A stretch of DNA of 62,700 nt, counting the filler, from Choristocarpus tenellus KU-1152 (taxonomy: Eukaryota > Protista > Phaeophyceae): assembly GCA_964200185.2 (NCBI GenBank). It is 14 parts of 14 records of this genome, joined end to end, with 100 filler letters (N's around TTAATTAATTAA, not from the genome) between each part and the next. Parts side by side here need not be neighbours in the genome. Positions count along the whole stretch, not along the records: positions 1 to 5,806 come from CAXNAD020009707.1; positions 5,907 to 9,569 come from CAXNAD020018648.1; positions 9,670 to 12,273 come from CAXNAD020026357.1; positions 12,374 to 17,000 come from CAXNAD020013735.1; 10 more parts are not named here. One strand, written 5' to 3'. Made by a program: the position numbers and the translations under genes. Within the stretch, counting starts at the first letter, position 1. Every line of letters starts with the position of its first letter. The notes beneath the pieces are model-generated. The model did not search any database, was not told the DNA's origin, and saw only the letters and a program-made list of their open reading frames with translations. Below are positions 1-12,509 of this stretch, one piece after another.

Positions 1-49
1 TTTTTTTTTTTGCCCCCCCTCTTCCCTTCACCGGGTGTGTTTTTTGTGG

Positions 50-235
50 GGCTCAGGAGATTTGGGGGGGGGGGGGGGAGCGGTGTCTACACCAGGGTGT
101 CCATTCGGACCCTGATCAGAAGAAGTGCGCTTGCATTATTAATCCGATGCATGTAACCAAATTCACCCAAAAATCGCGACATGGAAAAAAGGGGCCCAAA
201 TGGACAGCCGCCACCCCTCCCAGATAATTTGAGCC
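50..235 (+). mobile_element. MITE family A, near full length
   Basis: GGCTC..G-run..TCTACACCAGGGTGTCCATTCGG..AAAATCGCGACATG..CCCAAATGGACAGCCGCCACCCC..CAGATAATTTGAGCC; matches the other A copies. Confidence 0.9.
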
Positions 236-1777
236 TGAGTTCACGTGTGTCAGAGATGAAGGGATGAACGGATTTATGGGAATAAATTCTACTTGACTAG
301 ACGATCAAGAGTGTGGCGAGTGAAGAGTATTACCTCCAGAAATGTATTTCCAAGTGCCGGAGGATTGAGTATCACTTACCTGTATCACTGCATATTTATT
401 TGTAATCACTTGTTGCGTCATCCACCATTGGCAACTGTAACACATCCCAGACTTTCTTCCACTGTTCCCACAGAAACTCTCACATCCAAGATGTAATCGT
501 GCAAGAGCAGAACTACATCATTCAGTAACCACAATAGTTCGATCTCTAGGACTACAGTCGTAGTCCTAACCAGCCCTGTGTGTACTAGGCAGAAAGCGCT
601 ATATACCTTTAGATGATACGCCCTACAACTCTCAACTAATCGCAGCGTGAACACCTGCACATCTATTTCCACATGATTATGTTTGCAAATCGATCTGACC
701 CACATCTATTGTTATTTGATTGGGAGATGATAGGCGCCCATCGTACACCCTGACAAGATGGACATGTTTCCTGGGGTATCCAAGGGTGGAGGGTTTCAAC
801 TGTGGTCTCCATCACCCAAGGGCCCGCCACTACGGACGATGCCTGGGGACACCCTTCCGGAGTTGGATGTGACGGAGGGCAGGCACATAATCGGAAAGGT
901 TTGTTGACTGATGGGTACATGAATCTTTCTCTCTCTCTCTTTCTCTCCCCCTTGGAGGTGAAGGGAAGGGAGGGGAAGTGAAAGTGAGAGAAATAGCTCT
1001 ATTGAAGTCAATCGTGACATTTTGATGAAGACTGTCATGATCCCTTTGATCTTCTTTTTTTGCACTTGTACATTGTGGAGGTTGTGGAGGTTGTGGAGCA
1101 AAACGAGTTATGTTGTTGCATGAGATGTTACGATTTTTTTGTCCTTCTATGGCTGACAACGCCTACGAAAGCATGGGGTGACTCAGCCACCAGGAGAGTT
1201 CATCTATGCGATTTTCTCATGACTGTTGTACACATACACATACAGTTCTGCATAGCGAGTTATAGTATGTACCATAATTCTCCCAATGTATACCCCTGAA
1301 GGGCACTACATACTCAATACACAAAACTCATTACTACACTTGATCCTGACTTAGTGCCTAAGGATTTCATATTACTAGCAGATTTCTACTCCGAAGTCAA
1401 GGATCTATTTCCTGACATGCAGCTTCTTGTGTTCAAGACCGCCACACCAGCATGGGTGCTTTTGATGAACTTGATCATAAAATGTGATGGTCTTGAAAAA
1501 TAGTCCCTGAATCACTGAGAAATTTGACACGATTCCTCCACATTAACCTCAGAACCCCTAGAAGCCTAACCTCATAATATAGTAGTCTCCACCTTTAGAT
1601 TATCACTCCCCCTTTAGACTGATTGATCTTTCTCTGGTCACCTATCCTCCCTCCGCCCTGATCTTCATCCTTCCTCCCTTTTCCGCACCTTTCCCTCTCT
1701 GCACCCAACCACATAACCTATCCAAAACTCCTCCCTCTCTTTCGGGACTCCATATGCCATTCTTCCTCGACATTGTA

Positions 1778-2998
1778 CAGGATGGAAATCTATACCTGGC
1801 ACAAGTGACAAGTCCATCATCCAATTCAAGGTAGGCCCGCACACCACAGTATTGATTTTTGTTCGGTTTGAATTTAGATTGCCACCTTCGCAGGATGAAC
1901 AAAATTGTTCATCGCAAGAAAAAAGAAATAGATCTTGCAGAAGTGGGGGAGTAGAAAATGAGGTCAAATTTACTGTTTCTTCTGAGCACCATTTTGCATT
2001 TTCCTTGTGACAGACAGCATTCAAAGTACACCAATATGGGCAGCCTCGTTCCTAAAATATTGTGGTCTTTCACCCTATTGTTGGCCACAAATCAAATCCC
2101 CATTGCTCGGATATGGAGTGTGGTACTAAACAAGTTATGCAATTATTGCTGATACTAACCAGCCTATCCTTATCCTCACTTTTATGCATGTAATTACACT
2201 TGGAATGTGAATGGTGGAACTGCATAGATTCTCTTATCTCAAGGAAAACACTTCTACTTCTTCTACTTTGAAGTTGTTATGGATGCCTTAAAGGGAGAGA
2301 ACTGTGCCATACGGCATCATCAGTGCCAATGGCGCCTCAGGAATATATCGTCTGCGTTTTGACTATTCTACCATCCACTACCACATGGCCCTCTGGTTAT
2401 TCCAAGGCTATTCGTTACTAGTATGAGATCGATTCATATAGGTTTGTGTCTTAAATGATGTCAGGGTTGCACCATCAATGCATCCTTTTTGGGGCTGGGT
2501 GGTGAAGTAGGCTATAGTTTGTATTAATTCAAATGCTGCTTTTTTTTGCACCATATCGTCAACCCCTTAAGTAGCACTTTGAATTATCATGGCAACATTA
2601 TATATGAGGATAGTATTTAGGGTGTTGGTCTACTCAGCGAATTGGTGCGCATATGAAAGGAACCTCAGGTGGGACGTTGTGTGTAGCTCGTACTACCAGT
2701 GATAAACCTTACATACTGTCACACCCCAACCCGATAACACCCTCCCTTTTCAGTGGGGGAAAAATTGACTGATTTCTCAGGAAATCAGACCTGCTCCACC
2801 CTACTTACATCTTTGCATGAGTATTGGTAATATTCGTGTTGGCGTAACATCCCAATCAATCTCCACACAAGAGGTGTCAGTAGCTCAAAACTCTGAATCT
2901 TGTCCGCACTAGTGGTTCTATCCTTTCGTTTTTCATCATTCCTCTTGTACGCACTCACCACAGACCAAGCATTGAGCCTCCGAGAGTTCAAACACCAG
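1778..2998 (-). CDS. Putative exons of an unidentified gene; best exon 2998-2809, second about 1886-1796
   Basis: 2998-2809 has a pyrimidine-rich acceptor (tccttccctatccag), a GTAAGT donor and an open frame WCLNSRRLNAWSVV..RQHEYYQYSCKD; no family recognised. Confidence 0.3.
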
Positions 2999-4204
2999 CT
3001 GGATAGGGAAGGACATTGATTATTGGAGCTGAGAAAGGGACAGCAAACAAGTCAGTCGGCGCCCAATGTGCCCTCTACTCTCCCCTCATGGCAAACAAAC
3101 ATGCATGAGAAAATTGGTTGTGTGGGAGATCCTGGGAGGAGGAGTGGCAATCTTCGACCCGGGCAACCAATCAGCACAAGATGGATTATTTCACAGGCAA
3201 CATTTGCTACGTGGGAAGATGAGGGGGAGGGGTCAATTGCAAATATCCCCTTTCTCAGTACAAAATAGTAATGGTTTGAGAGGATGAGGATGGGAGAGGG
3301 ACAGGCTAGTGTGTCCAGGAATCTCAGAGTGCATGTTGGTTGGAGATAAAACTGGATCGAGTTCACGGCTGTCACAAGGTTATGATCACCTGTGAACTCT
3401 CTGGTGTATACAAATACCTTAATGCATGTGTGACAAAAGTAATAGAATTTCTCTCAACAAGCCTCCTGCCTTCTTCTAGTCATGCTCAAGGTTGCTAATT
3501 TTGCAATTGAACACATGCCTCATTCATTCTCTATCACACTTCCATGTTGTTTCAAGTTAAGTCGAGGGAGACGGGCCACGTGGTGCTGTATAACAACGGA
3601 TTACTTCAACTCAACAGTTGCATCCTACAGTATCTAATTCCGCATGTTTACTGTCTCAGCACAGACTGGCCTCTCATTTTTTTTAAATGGAAAAAGTGCC
3701 AGGACCATTTACAGATACCAATTTTGTGTCAAGGAACAGGTTCAAGCCCAGGTCTGACCCCCTACAGGCCTGGCTGAATCCAATCACTTCCAGTCTGAGA
3801 TCATAAAGTCCATAGTAGGAAGTCTGAGTCTGCTTCTAAGTACACAAAACAGGGCCTGAATATGTTCTGAGAAAATTAGTGTTGTGAACCACAACACAGC
3901 TTAATCGATCCACTTCAATTGGTTGAAAAATAACCGAGATCATAACCAAACTTCTACTCCGTGCAGATGTTGAATCATTTGAGTCATTATTGTGCTATTG
4001 ATCATAATTTGTTCCTTACTACTTTGATTATGCTAATGTTATTGAAGTTGAAAGCAGCAATATTGCAAATCTGTGTTGGTTATTGTATTGGTTGTCCTTG
4101 TTGTTCTCTTCAAATACAGGTCTCGAATCAAGATATCTTTTTTTCCTGCTATGATGTAATATATGAAAAAACGGGTTTATAGCATTGGATTCCTTGATCT
4201 TTTT

Positions 4205-5460
4205 TACATGAAAGTCTTCTTCATCACTTTCCTCGTGCTCATCAATCCACCAATCCACCTCCACATCGAAAGCCGCTCTGTCTATTCCAACCAATCTTGG
4301 CAGACTTCCCTCACGCTGGCTCAATGTATCTGAGGGGGGTGGCGGTTGTCCATTTGGGGCCCATTTTTCCATGTCGCGATTCTTGGGTGATCTGGTTGCA
4401 TGCGTCGGATGGATATTGTAAGTGCACTTTTCCTTGTCAGGGCCCGAATGGACACCCTGGTGTAGACCCCCCCACTCTCAGATACTTTGAGCCCGCTGTA
4501 TTTTCTTCGTTCCAGTGTGCTGTACCTCGAAATCGTTACCCCCTAGCACATTCAAAACTTGATTGTACCGCTTAAAGAGGCTCTGCCACACCCTCTGTAA
4601 AGTAGCTGCGTCGTACGTGCTGTACTTGCTCTTTGCCCTCTTCACAAGGTTGTCTATCTTACCCTAACTCTCCCTCCAAACCCTATTTTTGGGGGGATGC
4701 AAAGAGCCGCACCCCATTGATATTGAGATCAGGTGACTGCGCAGTCTACGTTACGAGCTTGACATTCCACCCCCCCTCGCTCCCAGCTTCGTTGAGCTTC
4801 TGTGGTGTGTCTTTTCCCGAATGGAGGGTCGTTCTGTCCTGCTGGGTGACCACCTCCTCAACCTCCAACCATAGCATTTTCCCTTCAATGTGGGGAAAAA
4901 AAACTCCATGTACCACTCCCGGTACCACTCGGCACCAATGGTCACATTGAAGTTGTACTGCTGCCCCCTCTCGCGTTGGGCCGAATTTCTCTACATCTGC
5001 TTGATGATGCAAACATGCCAGATTCCAATCTTGCCGTCGAAATCGCGGAAAGGATCTGGGCGCGAAACGGCGCAGATGAACATCACCTTAGGAATGTGAC
5101 TCTTGTGCTGTACGTTGGTAGAGCCTATCTTCCTCCCTGGGGAACATTCAGATGTGCTCCCCATCACATATGAGGTAGACCATGCTTCGTTGATATGAAT
5201 CATGCTGAGGTCGCTTCTGTAGTTGATGCGGTTCCTTGCTGGTTGGTCAGGATGAAATCTATCCAGCTCTTTCAATGCGTCAGTGGCAGGTTTGGGGTAA
5301 TGCGGTGTTTGTTGCGGCCATCGCTTTGGGCCATCGCTGAAGCTTTGAGCTGCCAGGTATGAGACCCACTTCGGTTAGCTTGACAAACAGCTGATTGAGG
5401 GTCAGGGTTCAATTCGTGGCGTTAACCATTGGAATCTTCACATGCTTTGTCGATCGTCAT
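4205..5460 (-). mobile_element. Degenerate Tc1/mariner transposase of DD39D (plant-mariner) type, interrupted by a MITE A copy
   Basis: Motifs IHINEAW, VQHKSHIPKVMFICAVSRP, FDGKIGIW, QQD, QSPDLNIN, TLQRVWQSLF, GGNDFEVQH..K..QREGSLP; stops and frameshifts present. Confidence 0.9.
4318..4493 (-). mobile_element. MITE family A, full length, 4-bp TSD CGCT
   Basis: TIRs GGCTCAATGTATCTGAG / CTCAGATACTTTGAGCC; CGCT at 4314-4317 and 4494-4497. Confidence 0.95.
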
Positions 5461-5713
5461 ATGACCGCCTGCTTTGTCACACTAATTTTTCAGCAAAAGC
5501 ATAGTTACTATTAATATGGGCTATATCAAAAAGGTAAAATATATATATATATATCAGAAATACATTTTTTTAAAGTTCAGTATTTGATATTGGTTCGATA
5601 TTGGTTTGCTATTGGAAGTCAAAATGCGAATTTCACCCCCTCTCGTCTCCATTCGCCACAAGAGATGTATGCCCTTTCATGCAACACAAGGAATAACCTT
5701 CTATAACTTGTCA

Positions 5714-5806
5714 GGCTCAAAGTATCTGGGGGGGGGGGGGGGGGGGGGTGTTCCCTTGGGGGGAAAATTTTTTTTGTGGGGTTTTTTGGGTGGTTTGTTT
5801 GATTTT
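5714..5806. mobile_element. MITE family A terminus at contig end
   Basis: GGCTCAAAGTATCTGGGGG followed by low-quality sequence. Confidence 0.75.
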
Positions 5807-5906
5807 NNNNNNNNNNNNNNNNNNNNNNNNNNNNNNNNNNNNNNNNNNNNTTAATTAATTAANNNNNNNNNNNNNNNNNNNNNNNNNNNNNNNNNNNNNN
5901 NNNNNN
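5807..5906. other. Artificial contig linker N44-TTAATTAATTAA-N44. The same linker is at 9570-9669, 12274-12373, 17001-17100, 20036-20135, 25772-25871, 29144-29243, 33132-33231, 36583-36682, 40985-41084, 45863-45962, 50817-50916 and 56422-56521.
   Basis: 13 identical 100-bp blocks; the central 12-mer has a stop codon in all six frames. Confidence 0.98.
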
Positions 5907-6095
5907 GATATAGGGGGGTGGGGGGGGGGGGGGGGGGGAAGGTCTACACCAGGGTGTCCATTCGGACCCTGACCAGGAAAAATGCACTTACATTATCCAT
6001 CTGACGCATGCAACCAAATTCACCCAAAAATCGCAACATAGAAAAATGGACCCCGAATGGACAGCCGCCCTCGCCCCCTGAGATACTTTTGAGTC
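5907..6095 (+). mobile_element. MITE family A at contig start
   Basis: A-family core ending AGATACTTTTGAGTC. Confidence 0.9.
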
Positions 6096-6832
6096 TGATC
6101 AAGGAGGTCAAGGAGGTTCAACAGCCACAACTACTTTGACCAAGGATATGAAAGAATGTAGATAAGAACCAACCTAAAGTTGCAATGATGCCAACATATT
6201 GTGACAGCAACATGGAGACCTAAGCTGCACAAAAACAAAAGTACAGGTAGTGTGTACTCTCACAGTGATTCAAAATATTGATAGTATCCAACTGGGTACC
6301 TAGTACCAGTACTATTGATAGTACTCTATACTTTATACAAAGAATGAAGCACAAAGTAGAAAATTCAACTCAGTGTTTTGCACAGGCAGAACCCACTTGT
6401 CTTCAATCTTGTCAACAACTCACTTGTCTTGATGATATTTATTGGTTCATGGCAAGCAATTGTGAAGCAGTCTATTGGAGGTTGTAAACGATGCTTTAAA
6501 GACAAATTTGACATTCTACATCTCAATAAAAACTTCATTCAATATCACAAAGTTTATCAGCACCATGTGTAGAGACAACACAATGACAGCAACTACCTAG
6601 AAACGCCTGACCATCCACTTCACAATTTTCCACTCACACCTCCACTCCCCAAAACATCACACTCACCACATCTGACTCACCCTCAAACAACACAAACATC
6701 CTCTGCAACTGTATATCCAGCACTAATGCTACTCTGATAGGTGCCATTTAAAACATAAAACAACGCCTGCAGGCATTACACATGAGTCACATGAGCCATG
6801 GTATGGTGGCTGTTCCAGCAAATGTGACTCAC

Positions 6833-7046
6833 CCTTTCCACTGGTTCTAACAGATCTGTGTCCAGTATAGCCTGTTGCCTGGCACGAGCACGTTGTAGTA
6901 CAGGAAGACCCTTGATCTTTGCTCTCAGTCTGACCTCCAATGTGTCCTGCCGCCTGACCAGTAGGGGGGAGGGGTACGGGCGGAGGGGGAGGGGGAGGNN
7001 NNNNNNNNTCGGGGGAGTCGGGGTTAGAGAGGGGCTCTCTGCGGAT

Positions 7047-7085
<39 letters not shown>

Positions 7086-8592
7086 AACACTATTTGTACA
7101 AAGGTTAAAAGGAAGGCTTTACTAACATGGAGCAATGAAATGATTTTAAAAAATGATACACCTAATAAACATAAATAGTAGTAATAGCACGTAAGGCTAC
7201 AGGTACTACTAATATCATTAAAATACTAATAGAGACACATTGGAGCAATTGAAACATGGTGGGTCCATGGCTAGTGGATAGTGGCACATGCAGCAATCCC
7301 AGTAGGCTGAACAACATTGGATTGGGAACAACTGGGACATACATCACACATGGTCCATCCACACACACCCCTCAAACAACCTTTATTATGCAGTAAGCTT
7401 GATGACTGCAACATATATACCCATGCAGTACAACCATATATATATATATATATATATCTGTATACTCACTAAGAAATAATAACAATAATAATATTAACAA
7501 GTGGTATTCATAGTGCTTGATCAGCTACCATAGTAAGGGTTAGCTGAAGTGATATGATACTATTGGGGGGGTGGGGGGGCAGTCACCATCAGGTTCCTTG
7601 TGAAGAGCAGACCCTCACAACCTTTAACCTTCAACCTTTAAACCTTCAACCTTCAACCGTTTAACTTCGAAACACCACAATCTGTAAAGCCACATCTGTA
7701 TCACACTACCAAACAAGAAATCTCTCACACAACCCTTTCACCATTCACAATTGATTCAATACACAGTGGTAACTGGTGTGGGGTTAGGGTTAGGGTTGAA
7801 GGGTGCGGTAGGGACTCAAAATCAGTGTCGAAGGAGGTTTGCCCTGGTTGGTCATCACAGGTGACCACTGGACGGAAATCAGTGGCGAAGGGGTTGCACT
7901 GGTTGGTCACAAGGGTTGATAGAATGTGGGGAGGAAAGGGAATAGGGAGGAATGCAAACGTAGAATAAAATAATGATAATAATCCAGAATTTGTGAGCAA
8001 AACAAACTAGTTAATATGTTACATGGTGTAACCAATGTGCACTATCACTAATAACGACTTCAAGAATACACTTTTCAAATTTGTAATCAAGCATCCTGAT
8101 CTGTGCAATTGGTAACTTGATAGCTTGATAGCTTCACAACATGATAACTTAATACCTTGATACCTTGATAACCTGATAAAAACATTTGGATTTTAGACTC
8201 CCACCATTGATATGGAGTGCACAGTAACATACAATTCCTGAATAAAATGTGTTCTTAGTTGTGTTATACATGTTACTCGATGCCCTTCACTACCCTTTCA
8301 TCTGTACAGCAGCGGGGGAGCAACAGACAGGACATGAAAAGGTACACTACATGACATGATACACACAGAATTACACAACATACCACACCATACCATACCA
8401 TGATAGAGAATTACAAACACCAAAAAAGACAGAGGCAAAGACAAAGACAAAGACAAAGAGAGAGAGAGAGAGATCTTTGTTCTGGCTGACCTCTTGAGTG
8501 CCATTTCAGCCAGTGCCTTAGGATCATGTACCTCCTCCTTCCCCTGTGTGATGCCATTATCAACGCTACTCCTTGCCATAGACTCCATGTAC
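6833..8592 (-). CDS. Two putative phase-compatible exons (8592-8491 and 6953-6833) of an unidentified protein
   Basis: CAG/GT borders; join reads ..HDPKALAEMALKR|RQDTLEVRLRAKIKGLPVLQRARARQQAILDTDLLEPVER; no family recognised. Confidence 0.4.
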
Positions 8593-9669
8593 CTGTACCT
8601 GACATCATCCAGTCACACCAGAGACAGCGTATGTATAGGTTAGGCATTGTACAGCACCAGTGCTTGAGAAGCAGTGGTCTTCTATTTGCATTACTGAACT
8701 CACCCTATGGCTCACAACAGATACAATTTGTACGGGTTTTTTCTCCACATGTCTTGACATGTCTTGACATTTATCTACTTCTGTTACATCTCTGCACTGT
8801 ATCTACTTTCTGTCAGACCCCTTTTGTCAGACCCCTTATGTCCGATACATAATTTCATTTTTCTGATCTCATTTTTTTCTGGATTGTCTTTCTAAGCAAC
8901 AGGTCCAACCATGTATGTTGCACGTTTTTCTTTCTCCATGACAACACCTGCAAAATGGTTCAAAGCATCACATAACTGCATCATACCACCAAGCAATATG
9001 TCCTGATCAACCAAAGTAATCATCACTGGTTGATGGCATGTAAGTATTACAGGTAAATATGGTTCAGTTGGGGGGGGGCAGGGGGGATGACACACGCTAC
9101 CATTGCCAATTTACATCAAGCAGATGGAACAGAATCATCCACAAACAAAAGACACTACAACTGACCAGTTCCACACATCAGCCAGTGTGCTAAAGTGCTA
9201 AAGTGTTAAAAGTCTCTCCCACCAAAAACACATGAAAAAAACACAATGAAAAATCTCAAGAAAAATCTCTCCTTGGCCCAATTGACCTTGTGTTCTTGAG
9301 GCCCATCACAGCTTACAATACAACCAAAAGAGAAGAAGCACACTATGCTCAAATTGCCAAAATATGTTGTGAAACTGCCTACACATTACCCCTTCAGCCA
9401 CTGTGCCCTAAAAAGTTGCCCACAACTGAATCTAAGTCGTTAAAACTAGTCTTGCTAACGCCAATCAACCTCTACCAAACCACCTCACCCCCCCCCCCCC
9501 CTTACCGCCCACCCCAAACCCAAAATTGTCACAGGATCAAACAACATTTTTACCCTCCTCCCTCCCTACNNNNNNNNNNNNNNNNNNNNNNNNNNNNNNN
9601 NNNNNNNNNNNNNTTAATTAATTAANNNNNNNNNNNNNNNNNNNNNNNNNNNNNNNNNNNNNNNNNNNN

Positions 9670-9846
9670 CCCAAAGTATCTGGGGGGGGGGCAGGGGGTC
9701 TACACCAGGGTGTCCATTTGAACAAAATCAGGAAAAGTGCACTTACATTATCCATCCGATGTATACAACCAAATCACCCAAAAATCGCGACATGAAAAAT
9801 TGACCCCAAATGGACAGCTGCCACCCTCCTCCAGATACTTCGAGCC
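9670..9846 (+). mobile_element. MITE family A at contig start
   Basis: CCCAAAGTATCTGGGG..CCAGATACTTCGAGCC. Confidence 0.93.
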
Positions 9847-10276
9847 TGTAGACCTCTAGTTTCTGAAATGGGTGTGCTGAGAATCAAGGTACTGTTCACG
9901 TCCAAGTGAAAACATACTCCAGAATACCTTATTTTTCTCACCATACCCTCACAACATTTGGAACAGTGCCTGATGTGAGATGTTCGTGTTTCCTATGAAA
10001 GGAGGGGGGGGTAGGGGGTGTTTAAACAAAACATGTAGTTGATGTAAATAGACATGTGAGCCTATGTAGGTTTTTGTGGACTACGACTGCAGACATAGAT
10101 ACGGCAGTCAGAATGCCTTGCAACACAGTGTCAATATCAGTGTAAGGTATTTTCCTACTGACCCTTACCAGTTAGCAACCACTTGTCACTTGATCGTAAA
10201 TTGTGTACTCTTGACAAGTGAAATTGCCTGCCACTCACTGTTTTATGGCTTGCGTAAATGGTCCCTTCTACGACAG

Positions 10277-11590
10277 ATAATACTCCCAGTAAAGACTGCT
10301 CTTAACACAAGAGAGGTTCGTGTTATCTGCCCTGTGCTCAAGATAATACAGCAAATGATCCTTGCCAATCCCATGGTAGGGCAGGCACTGGTTCCCTACT
10401 ACAGACAGGTGGTCTACCCCCCCTCATAACAGCTGTACCCTCAACTCCAGAACCTAACCGGAATTCAATTGGTCACAAGTGAAATGAAGATACGCCTGAA
10501 AAATGACACTGATTTGAACCAAGTATAGCATGGACATTCAATTCTGCCCACCATCTAGAGTAAGACGTCTAATCCATTGACAGAGTTAGCAATAATGGTA
10601 GAAAGAGTGCATCCGCTATTTTATGAATACTGCTTGCAGACAGATCAGGCCAACAAGTTCCACCCGCGTTCCTTTGGTGCAAGGCAATGTTCTCATGCAA
10701 ACAGACTGCGAGAGATTAAATGTGCCAAAAGCCTTGTGTTCATCGTGTCGAAGCCCTGCCATCATAGTCACACTAAAACAAAACACTGCAGGTTTGGTGC
10801 AATTGGCTTCTAGTTTCTGCACAATGTATCACTAAGACTCGCTGGCATAGATACCCTTTTGATACCACCTCCCTACTTTGATCTTTGACCTGATGCAAGT
10901 GAAGGAAGCTTTCTGAGCAAATCGAAGACCTGTCGTCCTGTTCACTCAAGCAAGATTATTAACCCCACAACCTTCAACCTTCTCCATGAAACAGTTGCTA
11001 CCGATATTCAACTTGTTCCGGGCAAAAAACAGTAACATGGGTGATGCCATTGACTACAATCAACGCTCCCGCATCAATGTTGGCGAGCTCATAATGGAGA
11101 CCCTTGAGGTGTAGTACTGACCTGACCCTCATTGCTACTTTAGTATCAAGGCAGCATGTGCAAGTTTCTCTGTTTCTCGTCAAAATGTTGAAGTATGGCC
11201 ATTTCAGGAGTACCATTCTATCAGTAAGACTGATGCACATTGTTTTCCTAGTTCCTCAAATACCAACTGGGTGTAACTTCCCACACCTTTCTTTCCAGCT
11301 ACCATTATGCCTCAAATCTAGTGAATACTGATCCCCCAACTCTCTACATTCAACAAGCAGTGGTCAAGTTCTTGACAGAAAGTAGTCAAAACGCCTCCAA
11401 CCCCTCCCCTCTGCTTCTCCATGAGCTCAGCATTCCCTAATTCCCCCATCAAGGCTACCACATGATAGTCATTGTATCCCATCCTCTTTATGCATTCCCT
11501 GCACGGCGTATTCCATATACATCCTTTGCAGGTGATGGAGCTGTTTGGTGGGCCAGATAGCTTTATCAACATCAAGTACATGATACCCAC
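10277..11590 (+). CDS. PACRG: Parkin co-regulated gene (PACRG) family axonemal protein, C-terminal exons 10277-10408, 10995-11108, 11532-11590 (5' partial)
   Basis: Spliced peptide [23 protein letters not shown]|[32 protein letters not shown]|[20 protein letters not shown] matches PACRG motifs ALVPYYRQ, GDxIDY and FINIKYxxPT; GT-AG introns in phase 0. Confidence 0.93.
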
Positions 11591-12133
11591 GTAAGCCTAG
11601 GGGCAGGGCTCCTGGTAGGGGGCACAGAAAGAGGACTCAACAGCCACTGCGCTCCACACCTTCCCGTGGTTGGTTCAGCATATACTACCCCCTTTGTGGC
11701 CCCTTGTTCTCGTCATCTCTACCATCTGTAGAAAATATCATCATCCTTGTACTGGTGTAATTTTCTTGGTTAAGTTGTAGCCTACAAGATAGCTTGTATA
11801 TTGACTCATCTGCTAAGTGTTAGAACTGCATTTATGTGTCCAGCGTGACTACCATGATCTCAAGAGATGGAGAACCTTTCATTTTCAGGGTTAGGGTAAC
11901 TGCAGCCTTTGCTTTGCAGTAGTTATTATTTTTGTTTCTTTTTTTTGCTTCAAAGTAGCCAATGCAGTGAGAGAGGGCTGACCAATAGGAGAAATTCACA
12001 TGAGTAAAGAAGTGCTGAAGGGGAAACTAAATCAAAGCACAAAGAGTTACTGATCCTAGTTGCCATGTTTGTGCAGTGTGGGTACCAACAGTCAAGCTCC
12101 CACTGGAAGAGATATCAAGGTGCACTTTGCTCT

Positions 12134-12273
12134 GGCTCAAACTATCTGGGGTGTGTGTGGCGGCTGTCCATTTGGGGTCAATTTTTTCATGTCACGATTT
12201 TTGGGTGATTTGGTTGCATACGTTGGATGTAAAATGTAAGTCCACTTTTCCTGGTTTTGGCCCAAATGGACAC
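12134..12273 (-). mobile_element. MITE family A, truncated by contig end
   Basis: GGCTCAAACTATCTGGGG..GGCGGCTGTCCATTTGGGG..CCCAAATGGACAC. Confidence 0.9.
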
Positions 12274-12509
12274 NNNNNNNNNNNNNNNNNNNNNNNNNNN
12301 NNNNNNNNNNNNNNNNNTTAATTAATTAANNNNNNNNNNNNNNNNNNNNNNNNNNNNNNNNNNNNNNNNNNNNCAGTCATTGAACAATCAAGGCACTAGG
12401 GCAGAGTAGTCGTTACTATTGAAGCGGTCAAATCACTTTTCCAATTCAATATTTTTTTAGGAAGGAAAGCACAATGCTTTTTGCATGCAGGTGTGGGTGG
12501 GGATCAAAC

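Noticed and set aside
50-235. A/B MITEs as Stowaway-like partners of the local DD39D mariners
   Set aside because: Mariner-mobilised MITEs have TA TSDs; these have varied 3-4 bp TSDs and insert into the mariners
480-920. Faint resemblance to another RLE domain (LLLFDWE, RHYG, SERFVD)
   Set aside because: The motifs are scattered over different frames with many stops; not supportable without a search
7620-8180. Short degenerate 7-8 bp tandem runs (AACCTTC near 7620-7665; CTTGATA near 8115-8178)
   Set aside because: Low-complexity intronic microsatellites with no higher-order structure
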